Virus record (IMG/VR): IMGVR_UViG_3300048606_000068 | Coordinates: 1-61,421 of that record | Length of the DNA stretch: 61,421 nt | Direction: 5' to 3' (one strand) | Source of the DNA: a virus | Taxonomy: Duplodnaviria; Caudoviricetes | Shown: positions 18,564 to 28,614 of the stretch, one piece after another | How positions within the stretch are numbered: position 1 is the first letter of the stretch | Layout of the letters: each line of letters begins with the position of its first letter | Program-made: the position numbers and the translations under genes | Notes under the pieces: generated by a model | Databases searched by the model: none | What the model was told of the DNA's origin: nothing | The model's input: the letters and a program-made list of their open reading frames with translations, nothing else

Positions 18564-19259
18564 ATGCCATCTGAACCGTGGAAGTCTGTACACGGCCGCA
18601 CGATGCGGCTGACCCGGCTCGACGAGTGCTGCGCGCCGCTGCCGGCGCTGGCCCCCTGTGCATACCTCGTGACTAAGGGCTTTGTATCCGTGGCGTACAG
18701 CCCGGAGATCAGCGAGGCCGAAGAGATCGAGGTCAAGAACGCGGCTGGTGAGATCTGCATCTCGGATCCCGGCTGTGACGTCCTGAAGTGGATCAACACG
18801 ACCCTGTCCATGTGCGCGGTGGACCCGGACGTGCTGAACTTCGTGACGGGTGCTCCGGCCGTGCTCAACACGTCTGGCAACACCGTCGGCAACCGGATCC
18901 AGGCAGGATCGGCCTGTGCCACCAACTTCGCGCTGGAGGTCTGGACTGACATCCCACTGGAGCAGTGCACCGACGGCAAGGAATACGGCTACTTCCTGGC
19001 CGCCTGTGTCGGTGGCGGCATCCTCGGGGACTGGACGATCGAGAACGACGCGCTGAACCTGGAGCTGAACGCCAAGGCGCGCAGCGGCACGGGGTGGGGC
19101 GTCGGCCCGTGGGACGTCGACAACTCCACCATTCCGCCGGCCGCCGTGGTCGCTGGGCCGTTGCTGTTGCCGATGGGTCCGCTGGACATCCTCGATCTGC
19201 ACAAGACCACGATCGCGCCGCCTGCCGTCACGGTGGGTTGCCAGCCGATGCCCGCGTAA
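18564..19259 (+). CDS. Major tail protein
   Basis: MRLTRLDECC, KNAAGEIC, FALEVWT, GWGVGPWDV; followed by terminator. Confidence 0.8.
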   Translation: MPSEPWKSVHGRTMRLTRLDECCAPLPALAPCAYLVTKGFVSVAYSPEISEAEEIEVKNAAGEICISDPGCDVLKWINTTLSMCAVDPDVLNFVTGAPAVLNTSGNTVGNRIQAGSACATNFALEVWTDIPLEQCTDGKEYGYFLAACVGGGILGDWTIENDALNLELNAKARSGTGWGVGPWDVDNSTIPPAAVVAGPLLLPMGPLDILDLHKTTIAPPAVTVGCQPMPA

Positions 19260-19275
19260 CCTCGGGATCACCGAA

Positions 19276-19314
19276 TTTGAGCCGGGCGGTTAGGGGATGG
19301 CCGCCCGGCTCAAA
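19276..19314 (+). terminator. Hairpin after major tail gene
   Basis: TTTGAGCCGGGCGG/CCGCCCGGCTCAAA. Confidence 0.75.
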
Positions 19315-19331
19315 ACCCAGAGGAGACACGA

Positions 19332-20222
19332 GTGAGCACACCGGTACTGGAATGCTCCGGCCCGTGGGAGAGCGAATGTCTCTGCGGGTCGCACGGCCCG
19401 TGCTGGCCGCGCCCCGACACGAGCTGCTGCGCCGCCCTGGAGCCGGTCGATCCCACGGCTGATCAGCTGGCGACGATCGAGCGCGTGTTGCATGTGGCAA
19501 CAGAGATCATCCACAACCTCTCCGGTCGCCAGTACGGCGCGTGCCCGGTGATCGTCCGGCCCTGCCGCCAGCCTTGCGCCAGTCGGCCGTCGTACGGCTA
19601 CTGGGCCGGCAACATGTGGACGCCCGTGCTCGACGCGGGTACCTGGTTCAATGTCCGGTGTGATTACTGCCCGAGCGGTACCGCCTGCTCTTGTTCCAAC
19701 CTCTGCGAGCTTGTGCTCCCTGGCCCGGTGGCCGAGATCATCCGGGTCATGCGAGATGGTCTGGTGCTCGATCCTGATGAGTATCGCGTCGACAACAACC
19801 GGCGGCTGGTGCGTACGGACGTCACCGTCTCTGCAGCGGGCGCTCTAGGCTGCTGGCCGACCTGCCAGGAGCTGTCCAAGGCCCCTACTGAGGTCGGCAC
19901 CTTCAGCGTGGAATACCGGCTCGGAAAGCCGGTCCCTCAGGCAGGTCTCTGGGCTGCCGGACTGCTCGCCTGCGAGCTGATGAAAGCCTGTGCCGGCCAG
20001 GCGGAGTGCGCGCTTCCGTCGAACGCTCAACGCATCTCGCGCCAGGGCGTCACCGTCGAGCTGACTCCCGTGCTGGTCAAGGCCGGGGAGTTCAACACCG
20101 GCATTCCCGAGGTGGACCTCTGGCTCCAGTCGGTCAACCCGTACAAGGCGAAGATGCCCTCGCGGGTGTTCAGCGTTGACCGGCCGTCGCCGCGTCAGAC
20201 GACCTGGCCGTGCCCGCTGTGA
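19332..20222 (+). CDS. Head-to-tail adaptor
   Basis: LSGRQYGAC, ISRQGVT, TGIPEVDLWL..VNP. Confidence 0.75.
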   Translation: MSTPVLECSGPWESECLCGSHGPCWPRPDTSCCAALEPVDPTADQLATIERVLHVATEIIHNLSGRQYGACPVIVRPCRQPCASRPSYGYWAGNMWTPVLDAGTWFNVRCDYCPSGTACSCSNLCELVLPGPVAEIIRVMRDGLVLDPDEYRVDNNRRLVRTDVTVSAAGALGCWPTCQELSKAPTEVGTFSVEYRLGKPVPQAGLWAAGLLACELMKACAGQAECALPSNAQRISRQGVTVELTPVLVKAGEFNTGIPEVDLWLQSVNPYKAKMPSRVFSVDRPSPRQTTWPCPL

Positions 20223-20779
20223 TCGGAACTCAGGCGGGAGTGTTCGCCGACCGGCTGCTGGTCTGCCTGTGCGCCTATCTGGCCGACACGATCGCCGGCC
20301 CGGTCTGTCAGTGCTCTGTCCGGCCGGGATCGCCTCTACCACCGGCTGACGTCTGTTGTGATTGCACTGTGGGCCAGGGGCAAGCATCGATCCAGGTAGG
20401 TCCGATCTACCCGATGGTCGCTGGGAAGTTCCCCTCGCGGGGCGTGTCCGGCCAGCTGACCAATTGCAGCTCTTTCGAGTGGGCCGCCGAGCTGACCCTG
20501 GTGGTCTACCGCTGTGTCTCCGTCGCGGATGAGGACGGCTTCCCCTCGGTCAACGAGCTGACCGTCGATGCGGCCAAGATCGCCAGTGACGCCGACGCGA
20601 TGTGGCAGGCCGTGTTCTGCTGCCCCGGCTGGCGAGACATCGGCGACCCTGACGGAGAGCTGGCCCTGATCGCTCCGGGAGAGTGGCGGCCGGCTGAGCC
20701 TATGGGTGGCTGCGCGGGCGGTCAGCTCTCGGTCATCGTGAACCTCGGCTCGATCTGCTGCCCTCCGCCAGCGGGGTGA
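20210..20779 (+). CDS. Putative tail terminator/neck protein
   Basis: Position; YRC, PMGGCAGG; Cys-rich. Confidence 0.55.
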   Translation: MPAVIGTQAGVFADRLLVCLCAYLADTIAGPVCQCSVRPGSPLPPADVCCDCTVGQGQASIQVGPIYPMVAGKFPSRGVSGQLTNCSSFEWAAELTLVVYRCVSVADEDGFPSVNELTVDAAKIASDADAMWQAVFCCPGWRDIGDPDGELALIAPGEWRPAEPMGGCAGGQLSVIVNLGSICCPPPAG

Positions 20780-20808
20780 CGACGGCTCGCTGTCGTACTC
20801 TGGGTGTC

Positions 20809-21150
20809 ATGGACCAAGTCACGATCAAGGCGAACATCGCCGCTCACGGAGTGCCTCAGAACGCTACCGTCACCGTTGCCGAAACGCCGTTGATCGCCGG
20901 TGCGATCGCCAACGGCGTATTCAGTGTGATCGACCGGATCCCGGGCAAGACGCCCGAGCCGATAGACCCGCCCGGCTTCGAGGAGACCGATCCGAACGCG
21001 CCGACGCTGATCGAGGACGTCGATCTGCCGGACGGCATTCGTGATGGGCAGATCGAGCCGCTGGAGCCCGGCAACGAGCTGGCCAACGACCTTGTTGCGC
21101 CGAAGGACCCGGAGCCACCCGTTGCCAAGCGCACCCGTCGCAAGACATAG
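20809..21150 (+). CDS. Hypothetical protein
   Basis: 113 aa within the structural operon. Confidence 0.7.
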   Translation: MDQVTIKANIAAHGVPQNATVTVAETPLIAGAIANGVFSVIDRIPGKTPEPIDPPGFEETDPNAPTLIEDVDLPDGIRDGQIEPLEPGNELANDLVAPKDPEPPVAKRTRRKT

Positions 21151-21153
21151 CCC

Positions 21154-21579
21154 GTGGTCGAGGTCCGCGTCACCTTGCACCAGGGAGCCCTGGACCGGCT
21201 GCTCCGCCGGCCGGGTGGCCCCGTCTATGACAACGTCGTAGCGGGAACCCTGCTCAAGACGCGCGCCATCGCGACAGTGACCGCGCCTACCGATACCGGC
21301 TTCCTGAAAAACAACACGTCACCCGAGATAGATGCCGGTGCCGGCTCCATGCACGGCAGCCTCATCTATCACGCCTTTTACGCGATCTTCGTAATGAAGG
21401 GGACCGGGCTTCATGGCCCGACCCACAGCCTGATTCACCCGAAATTCGCCGAGCACATGGTCTTCCGTGGCCGCGACGGCTCACTAGTGGTCACCCGAAC
21501 AACCAAGGGTCAGCGCGCGCAACCTTTCCTCAGGGATGCCTTCATCGCCGCATCACCCTGGCCAGTCACCCTTCACTGA
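21154..21579 (+). CDS. HK97 gp10-like neck protein
   Basis: APTDTGFLK, YAIFVMKGT, AQPFLRDA. Confidence 0.75.
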   Translation: MVEVRVTLHQGALDRLLRRPGGPVYDNVVAGTLLKTRAIATVTAPTDTGFLKNNTSPEIDAGAGSMHGSLIYHAFYAIFVMKGTGLHGPTHSLIHPKFAEHMVFRGRDGSLVVTRTTKGQRAQPFLRDAFIAASPWPVTLH

Positions 21580-21592
21580 AAGGCACATCCCC

Positions 21593-22171
21593 ATGCGCTT
21601 CGATATCGCGAAAGACGACGCCGCCAGAGCATCCGAAGATCAGGTTTGGGAGCTGTATGTCTTCCAACTGCCCAACCGGGCAGGTGATGGCGATGAGGAC
21701 TACGCTGCGGTCAAGCCCTCGGAGGAGTTGCTCCTCACGCTGACCCAGGACGTCTACCTGTTGCAGGAGTCGCCGCAGCAGTCGATCGACATTCTGAACC
21801 GGATCCTGCTCCAGGTGTTCAACCCCGAAGACCTCTACGAGGCGCTTGTAGAGGACGGCGGCTACGAGGACACGGCAGGTGATGGTGACGGCGACATCAG
21901 CGCGGCCGGCCTGGAGCTGGTCCGCAGCAGCGCCCGGCTGAAGTACCGCCACGCCTCCCGACGCGATCCGCTCGGCACGTTGACCATCGCCCAGATCGCG
22001 GTGCACATGGTGGAGCGGTGGTCGGGAAAAGAAGCTACTGGGAAGCCGCGAGACTTTCTGCCGCGATCGTCCACAACTGGGACGCGTTCGAAGCGGACCG
22101 GTTCCTCACGCTCGGGCTCGCCGGCGACCCGTTCGCGCTCCTCAAAGGCGTTGGCTTCGCGCGATTCCTGA
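21593..22171 (+). CDS. Tail assembly chaperone (short form)
   Basis: Precedes tape measure; slippery G GGA AAA at 22024-22030. Confidence 0.8.
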   Translation: MRFDIAKDDAARASEDQVWELYVFQLPNRAGDGDEDYAAVKPSEELLLTLTQDVYLLQESPQQSIDILNRILLQVFNPEDLYEALVEDGGYEDTAGDGDGDISAAGLELVRSSARLKYRHASRRDPLGTLTIAQIAVHMVERWSGKEATGKPRDFLPRSSTTGTRSKRTGSSRSGSPATRSRSSKALASRDS

Positions 22172-22359
22172 ACCTCTTCTGGTTTTGGTTCATCCGCAAC
22201 GTGGACGAAAAGGACCTGATGCGGATCCGGGCTGCGATCGAGAACCCTCCGCCCTGGGCCGACCCGGATCAGATCTCTCCGGAGCGGGCAGCCGCAGACG
22301 CTGCTGCCTGGAACGCCGCAGCGTCCGGCGGAGGACAGGGCGTACGAACTAGAGTGTAG
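21593..22359 (+). CDS. Tail assembly chaperone, -1 frameshifted long form
   Basis: GGGAAAA at 22024-22030 shifts into the -1 frame ORF 22018-22359. Confidence 0.8.
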
Positions 22360-22362
22360 GCA

Positions 22363-22383
22363 GCCGCTGCGCTTCGGGCCGGG
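22363..22383 (+). promoter_or_regulatory. Leader motif, copy 4
   Basis: GCCGCTGCGCTTCGGGCCGGG after TAGAGT. Confidence 0.7.
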
Positions 22384-22407
22384 CATCTTCTGGAAGGTGC
22401 CCGGCCC

Positions 22408-25400
22408 GTGACCGCTGAGACAGTCGGCTCCGCACAGGTCACCATCGATGCCGATTTCTCGACGTTCGACGACCAGCTGAGAGCCGGGCTCACCGCAGCC
22501 GCCCGTCGGGCCGGTGGCGAAGCCGAGAAGATCCTGAAGCGCTCCGGTACCAACGCTGGCAAAGAGTTCTCCCAGGGTGTGGCCAAGGCCGCTGATTCCA
22601 CCAAGACAATCGATAAGATCCAGGCCAGTCTCGGTCGCCTGGAGGTGGCGGCCAAGCGTGCGGGTGATGCTCAACTCGACTCCGCTGCGCGTGTTCGTTC
22701 GGCGGAGGAGGCGCTGGCCAAGGTCAAGCGGACTACGTCCACGGTCACGCTCGACGGGGCTGCCAAGATCGTCGCGGCGGAGGAGCGGGTAGCCAAGGCG
22801 CATCGTGACGCGGCTCGATCCGGCAACCTGGCCCAGACCGCAGAGAACGCCCTGGCCGACGCCCGCGCCAAGCTCGCCAATGCGATGAACGGCGATGGTG
22901 TCGCCGACGACTTCGCTCAGCGCTTCGAGCGCAAGCTCAAGCCGGCCGTGGCCAAGGCGGGCAACGACTCCGGCGGTTTCTTCAGCCGGGCGTTCTCGAC
23001 CGCCGCATCCAAATCGATCGGCAAGGGGCTCTTCACAGGTCTGATCGCCAGTCTCGCCGGCTTGATCACGGCAGCGTCGCCGCTGTCGACTGTTCTGGGT
23101 GGCGGGACAGCGGCTGTGATCGCCCTGGCCGCTGCGCTCGGTCAGGCGTCCGGAGCCGCCCTTTCCCTGGGTGGGGTGCTCGGATCCCTCGGATTGGCTG
23201 CCATCGCCCTGAAGGTTGGTTTCTCGGGCGTAGGCGATGCTGTGAAGGCTCAGGCCGCAGCACAGGCGGAGCTGGTCAAGACCGGCACGATCAGCGCGGC
23301 CACTCAGAAGAAGCTCGACGAGTCGCTGAAGGGGCTCGCGCCGTCGGCCCGTTCCGTCGTGGTCGAGCTGGGGAAGATGACCCCGGCCTGGAACGCCGTC
23401 AAGCGGTCAGTCCAGCAGAACCTGTTCGCTGGGGTATCCACCGAGCTGGCCAACCTCGGGCAGCGCTTCCTTCCGATCTTGCGGCAGCAGCTCGGCACCA
23501 CGGCGACCACCCTTAACCAGGCGTTCGTCGGCCTCTCGAAGTTCCTGACCACGGGTGCCCGATCGAACCAGATCAGCGTGATCTTCACCGGGCTGAACGG
23601 CATCCTGAAGACCTTGCTATCCCCACTCAAGACCCTCGCCGGCGGATTCCTGGACATCTTCACAGCGTCACTTCCGTTCGCGCAGCAACTCGCCACCGTC
23701 CTGGCCAACGTCGGTACCCAGTTCGGCACCTGGCTCGGGAAGGTTGCCGACGGCGACGGCTTCCAGAAGTTCATGCAGACCGCCATGCAGACGGCGGGCA
23801 ACCTGTTCCAGCTGCTCGGCAACATCGGCTCGATCATCGGGTCTGTGTTCGCGGCCGGGTCGGCGACCGGCGGCAACCTGCTCCAGCTCTTGCGAGACAT
23901 TACCGGCCAGTTCGCGCTGTTCCTGAAGTCGTCTGAGGGCAAAGCCGCCCTGGCGTCATTCTTCGGCCTGGTCGCCCAAGCAGGTGGCGTGCTGGTCGGC
24001 GTGTTCAAGACCCTGTCCCCGCTGCTGTCCGGGATCGGCTCTCTGTTCCAGGCGCTCCAGGGGTCGCTTAAGGTCTTCGGTACCGCACTCACAGGCTCGA
24101 TTGGGCTGATCGCCACCACCCTGGGTGGGATCTTCGCTCAGCTCGGGCCGGTGATCGGGCAGCTGGTCGTTGCCCTGGCCCCCATCGTGACGATCCTCGG
24201 AGGCGTGCTCGCGGGTGCCCTTCAGGCGTTGGCTCCCGTGGTGATCGCCGTAGTGTCCGCCTTGGCTCAACTGCTCCCGGTCCTGACTCCGCTACTCGGA
24301 CTGCTCGGTACCGCGTTCATCGGGATCCTTCAGCAGCTGTCTGGCGCGCTGCTGTTGATCGTCCCGGTTCTGGCTCAGTTCATCGCAGCGATCCTGACCG
24401 GTCTTCAGCCGGTGATAGCTGCGCTCCTGCCTGTCTTCAGCCAACTGGTTACCGCCGCTCTGGGTCTCATACCGCCACTTCTTCAGATCCTGACTTCCAT
24501 GCTGCCGCTGGTACCCGTCGGCGCACAGCTCTCCCTAGCCTTCGCTCAGCTGATCGTTGCCCTGGCCCCCTTGGTCACTTCGATCCTAGGATCCCTGGCC
24601 TCGCTGCTGGTCCAGCTCGCCCCGGTCATCGCTGCTCTGGTGCCGATCATCGCCCGCGTGATTCAGATGTTCGTCGGCATGGTGCAAGGCGTGACCGGCG
24701 TAGTGACGGCCGTCGTTGGCTTCGCGGTGCGAGTGATCGCCAAATTCAACGAGGTGCGCGGGGCAGTGATCGCGGCTGTCAGCGCTCTGGTTTCCAGAGT
24801 CGTTGCCTTCTTCGCCGGCCTGCCCGGCAAGATCAACACCCTGATGATTCAGTTCGGGGACAAGGTTCGTGGCGGAATCGACAAAGTGGGCGCGTTCTTC
24901 CAGTCTCTGCCTGGCAAAATCACCGGCGTGCTTTCTGGCCTGGGTGGGCAGCTCGCACAGGCAGGTCGCAACGCCATGGACGGCCTGATCGGTGGACTCG
25001 AAGGCGCGTTGGGCCGGGTGCGGGAGGTCGCTGGCAACATCGCCAAGGCGATCACTGGTCCTGTGGCTAAGTTCCTGGACATGCACTCCCCGTCCCGCGT
25101 GCTGAAGAAGATGGGTAACGACGCGGTACAGGGCATCATCAACGGGATCAAGGAAAAGATCCCGGGCGTCTCTGCCGCGATGACGATCCTGGCCCGCGCC
25201 ATCCCGGCCAAGGTCGAGCCCGCAGTGAACAAGCTGAACACGGCACTCAATTCTCTGGGTAAGAATCTGCCATCCTCGATCCGGACCCGGCTCAACCAAG
25301 CTGTCGCCGTGGCGCGAGTCGGCATCGCCACGATCGGCCGTTCTCAGGACGTTCTGAACGCCAAACTGAAGACGGCGCAGGACAAGCTCACGAGCCTGCT

Positions 25401-26202
25401 CCAGAGCCAGCAGCAGCTAGCACAGAGCGTTGCCAGCAGCATCCTTCAGACTGGCAACATCGCTGCTGGCCAGGGCGTTCAGACGTTCAAGGGAATCGTC
25501 GATCAGCTCAAGGGTGCGGTCACCCAAGCGAAGGCATTCGGGACGACCATCGCGGCTCTCACGAAGGCCGGGCTGAACAAGACCTCGCTCCAGCAGATCA
25601 TCGACGCCGGCCCGGAGGCCGGGCTCGCAGCGGGCCAGGCAGTACTCAGCGCCGGCAAGGCCGGGGTCCGCCAGATCAACACTCTCCAGAGTCAGCTCCA
25701 GACGGCAGCGAACAAGGCCGCGACGACGGCCGCCAATGCGATCTTCGGCCAGGGCGTACAGATTGCACGCGGGATCGTGGCCGGGCTCCAGCGGCAGAAG
25801 AGTTCCCTGGACGCCCAGATGCTCCGACTGGCTGACGTGCTCGTAGCGCGCGTCCTGCGGGTGCTGCGCCAGGTCAAGCTGAAGGGCACCGGGACGCTCG
25901 ATATCCCGGGCTTCCGTCGGGGCGGCATCATCTCGCAGGACTCGCTGGTCCGCGCCGGTGAGGGCGGCAAGCGAGAGGCCATCGTCCCGCTGGAGCGCCC
26001 GCGTGACCGTGACCGGGTGATGCGGCAGTCCGGCCTGGATCAGGTGGCGGCCGGCAAGGGTAGCAAGACCCGAGAGGTTCACGTTCCGATCTACGCGCGG
26101 GAGGCGTCGGCGGCAGAGGTCGGCAAGATGGTCGAGGATATCCTGAAGCGATACGGCTTCAAGCCCGTGCTGGGGCTGCAAACTGCGGGAGGGGTCGTCT
26201 AG
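22408..26202 (+). CDS. Tape measure protein
   Basis: 1264 aa, Ala/Gly/Leu-rich helical repeats, MHSPSR, GEGGKREAIVPL. Confidence 0.95.
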   Translation: MTAETVGSAQVTIDADFSTFDDQLRAGLTAAARRAGGEAEKILKRSGTNAGKEFSQGVAKAADSTKTIDKIQASLGRLEVAAKRAGDAQLDSAARVRSAEEALAKVKRTTSTVTLDGAAKIVAAEERVAKAHRDAARSGNLAQTAENALADARAKLANAMNGDGVADDFAQRFERKLKPAVAKAGNDSGGFFSRAFSTAASKSIGKGLFTGLIASLAGLITAASPLSTVLGGGTAAVIALAAALGQASGAALSLGGVLGSLGLAAIALKVGFSGVGDAVKAQAAAQAELVKTGTISAATQKKLDESLKGLAPSARSVVVELGKMTPAWNAVKRSVQQNLFAGVSTELANLGQRFLPILRQQLGTTATTLNQAFVGLSKFLTTGARSNQISVIFTGLNGILKTLLSPLKTLAGGFLDIFTASLPFAQQLATVLANVGTQFGTWLGKVADGDGFQKFMQTAMQTAGNLFQLLGNIGSIIGSVFAAGSATGGNLLQLLRDITGQFALFLKSSEGKAALASFFGLVAQAGGVLVGVFKTLSPLLSGIGSLFQALQGSLKVFGTALTGSIGLIATTLGGIFAQLGPVIGQLVVALAPIVTILGGVLAGALQALAPVVIAVVSALAQLLPVLTPLLGLLGTAFIGILQQLSGALLLIVPVLAQFIAAILTGLQPVIAALLPVFSQLVTAALGLIPPLLQILTSMLPLVPVGAQLSLAFAQLIVALAPLVTSILGSLASLLVQLAPVIAALVPIIARVIQMFVGMVQGVTGVVTAVVGFAVRVIAKFNEVRGAVIAAVSALVSRVVAFFAGLPGKINTLMIQFGDKVRGGIDKVGAFFQSLPGKITGVLSGLGGQLAQAGRNAMDGLIGGLEGALGRVREVAGNIAKAITGPVAKFLDMHSPSRVLKKMGNDAVQGIINGIKEKIPGVSAAMTILARAIPAKVEPAVNKLNTALNSLGKNLPSSIRTRLNQAVAVARVGIATIGRSQDVLNAKLKTAQDKLTSLLQSQQQLAQSVASSILQTGNIAAGQGVQTFKGIVDQLKGAVTQAKAFGTTIAALTKAGLNKTSLQQIIDAGPEAGLAAGQAVLSAGKAGVRQINTLQSQLQTAANKAATTAANAIFGQGVQIARGIVAGLQRQKSSLDAQMLRLADVLVARVLRVLRQVKLKGTGTLDIPGFRRGGIISQDSLVRAGEGGKREAIVPLERPRDRDRVMRQSGLDQVAAGKGSKTREVHVPIYAREASAAEVGKMVEDILKRYGFKPVLGLQTAGGVV

Positions 26203-27560
26203 TGGCTAGCGAGTCGTGGCTGTGCCTGGGCGGTACGGAGCTGTTCTCCGTCTGCCGGACGGCCGCCTACGCCGGCAACGGATTCCGGCCGATGGCGGTA
26301 GGGATCAATCCCTGTGGCTGCTGTGGCACTCCCGCGCAATGGGCGGCCGCCATGGGCGACGCGGCCTACACCAACCCGACCGCAGACCAAGCGCCGTGGT
26401 ACTCCGCCAGCGAACCGGACTCCGGAGACTTCGGCGGGTTCATGCCGGTCAGCATCGATGGTCTGGGCGCGGGTCCGATTACGCGCGAATTAACGCAGCG
26501 GGTGAACGGCCGGGGGTCGTTCATCGGCCCGAAGATCCAGGCGTCACCCACGATCGTTGTCGAGGGCTACCTCTTCGGGAAGACCTGTTGCAGCGTCGAC
26601 TACGGACTGCGCTGGCTCGGGACAGTACTCCAGGGTTCCTGTGATTCCGACTGTGACGGCGACGAGCTGAGCTTCCTGAACTGCTGCCCTGACTTCTCCG
26701 GGTGCGCCGGTGAGCTGCCGGCGGTGACGCCGTTCGACTGCCTCACGCCCCACCTGCGCTACCTCGAAGGCGTCAAGCTGGTCCAGTCGCCGACGATCGT
26801 AGAGAAGTTCGGCAGCTGCTGCGGATCCTGCTCGGGCGCGTCGTACATGCGGATCCGGTTCCAGCTCGCATCGACGGCTCCGTGCGTCTACCGCGATCTC
26901 GTGCCGATCGTCACCGGGCAGCACTTCGACGCGGCCGACCCGACCAACTGCGATATCACCTGGGTGCTTGTGCCGGATGGCGGGACCTGCCCCGACGACG
27001 CTGCGTGCCCTGGCGACCCGGACTGCCTGGCTGACCCGGACTGCGCGAACGTCCCTGCTCCGCCGACGGCCCCGCTACCCAGCAACCCCTGTATCTGTAC
27101 GTCGTTCAACACCCGCAGAACCTGCGTTGACATCCCGGCCGGCAGTATCCCGGAGTTCACTGAGGGTCTGCCGGTAGCAACGATCAACTCCGGGAGCAAC
27201 GAGCTGCGGCAGATCCGCGTCCGGTTCTGGGTGAACAACTCCGGCCTGCCTGTCGACGAGCTGGATGCGTGTGACGCCTGTGGTGAGATCACCCTCTCGA
27301 AGATCCCAGCCTTCTCCGAGTTCGTCTTCGACGCCAAGACCCGGAAGGCGACCATCACCTGCCCCGGCTCCGCGCCGACCGACGCCACTACGCTGATGGG
27401 CTCGGCGGGGGGTACGTTGCCGGTCGCCTGGCCAGAGATCGCCTGCGCCAGCTCACGGTTCACGATGTGCATAGAGGCCGACAGCGATTCGGTAGCGGCA
27501 GACGCCACGATCTCACTGAGCATCGCCCCGGCCGAATGCTACGGATCGGCGGGCGGATGA
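26202..27560 (+). CDS. Minor tail protein (Dit position), very Cys-rich
   Basis: Follows TMP; about 31 Cys in 452 aa. Confidence 0.75.
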   Translation: MASESWLCLGGTELFSVCRTAAYAGNGFRPMAVGINPCGCCGTPAQWAAAMGDAAYTNPTADQAPWYSASEPDSGDFGGFMPVSIDGLGAGPITRELTQRVNGRGSFIGPKIQASPTIVVEGYLFGKTCCSVDYGLRWLGTVLQGSCDSDCDGDELSFLNCCPDFSGCAGELPAVTPFDCLTPHLRYLEGVKLVQSPTIVEKFGSCCGSCSGASYMRIRFQLASTAPCVYRDLVPIVTGQHFDAADPTNCDITWVLVPDGGTCPDDAACPGDPDCLADPDCANVPAPPTAPLPSNPCICTSFNTRRTCVDIPAGSIPEFTEGLPVATINSGSNELRQIRVRFWVNNSGLPVDELDACDACGEITLSKIPAFSEFVFDAKTRKATITCPGSAPTDATTLMGSAGGTLPVAWPEIACASSRFTMCIEADSDSVAADATISLSIAPAECYGSAGG

Positions 27561-28600
27561 GCTGCCGACTGGGGTCCTGCGCAGCCGACAGCTACCGGGT
27601 GACGATCCGCGACCGGACCGGTGTGGAGATCGTCGAACTGACGGACCTAGAGCAGATCGACTGGGATCGCCGGCTGAACGATCGATCCGAGGCTACGGTG
27701 TCCGGCATGGTCAACGCCGAGTGTTGCGAGCGGCTGAAACGCGTCCGGACCTGGCGCTGTGATCTGGCGATCGCCCGTGACGGCGAAGAGGTCTGGGTCG
27801 GCCCGATCCGGACCGTGCCGAATACGGTCGGCCGGGTGACGGTCAAGGCGACTGACGTGCTCGGCTGGCTGGAGCGTCGGGTCATCCATTCCAACCACGA
27901 CTACACGCCGCTGCCAGGGATCGGTTCCGTGGCGCTGGCGGTCGAGCTGATCCGAGACGGCTTCGCTCCTGATGACCCGGACGTGCTGCGGTTCCTGAAG
28001 TCATACGGTGTCGGCGTCATGGGCGGCTGGAACTATGTTGCCTATAGCAATTACGTGTTCGACACTCTGACCGAGCTAGCCAAAGGATCGATCGACTTCA
28101 CCGCTATCGGTCGCCGGATCGTCGTCATGCCGAACGGCTACAAGCTGGGTCAGACGCCGTTGCTCACCTGTGACAACTTCCAGGGCAATGATCTGGCCAC
28201 GACCGAGGACGGCGACGCGTACGTATCCAAGGCGTACGTGACCGGGCTCGGACTGGTCGGAATCGCGGGTGGCACCGATGACTACTACGGCTTGGTCGAG
28301 ACGCTGGTAGACGATCAGCAGATCGGCCGGCAGACCACAGCGGACGGGAAGGCGGCCGGGCTGGTCACCGACGCCCCGCCCCTGCTGGTTCAGCCGCCCA
28401 ACGGATCGAGCTTGTCTCCGGACACACCGATCTGCCTGAGCGCTCTGGTGCCAGGCGTGACGGTGCCGGTGAACATCGACTGCACATGCCGGACCGCCTC
28501 GCAGGACATGCGCCTGACACAACTGAAAGTCACCGTCAACAACTCTGGTGAATCGATCTCCCCGCTGCTGACCCCGGTCGGCCTGGATGCCGGGGCATAG
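27557..28600 (+). CDS. Minor tail protein (hub/Tal position)
   Basis: WDRRLND.SEA, RDGEEVWVGPI, LVPGVTVPV. Confidence 0.75.
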   Translation: MSCRLGSCAADSYRVTIRDRTGVEIVELTDLEQIDWDRRLNDRSEATVSGMVNAECCERLKRVRTWRCDLAIARDGEEVWVGPIRTVPNTVGRVTVKATDVLGWLERRVIHSNHDYTPLPGIGSVALAVELIRDGFAPDDPDVLRFLKSYGVGVMGGWNYVAYSNYVFDTLTELAKGSIDFTAIGRRIVVMPNGYKLGQTPLLTCDNFQGNDLATTEDGDAYVSKAYVTGLGLVGIAGGTDDYYGLVETLVDDQQIGRQTTADGKAAGLVTDAPPLLVQPPNGSSLSPDTPICLSALVPGVTVPVNIDCTCRTASQDMRLTQLKVTVNNSGESISPLLTPVGLDAGA

Positions 28601-28614
28601 GGAGGATAGGGAGC

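Noticed and set aside
22024-22030. Programmed -1 frameshift as a novelty
   Set aside because: Real, but the well-known tail assembly chaperone frameshift.
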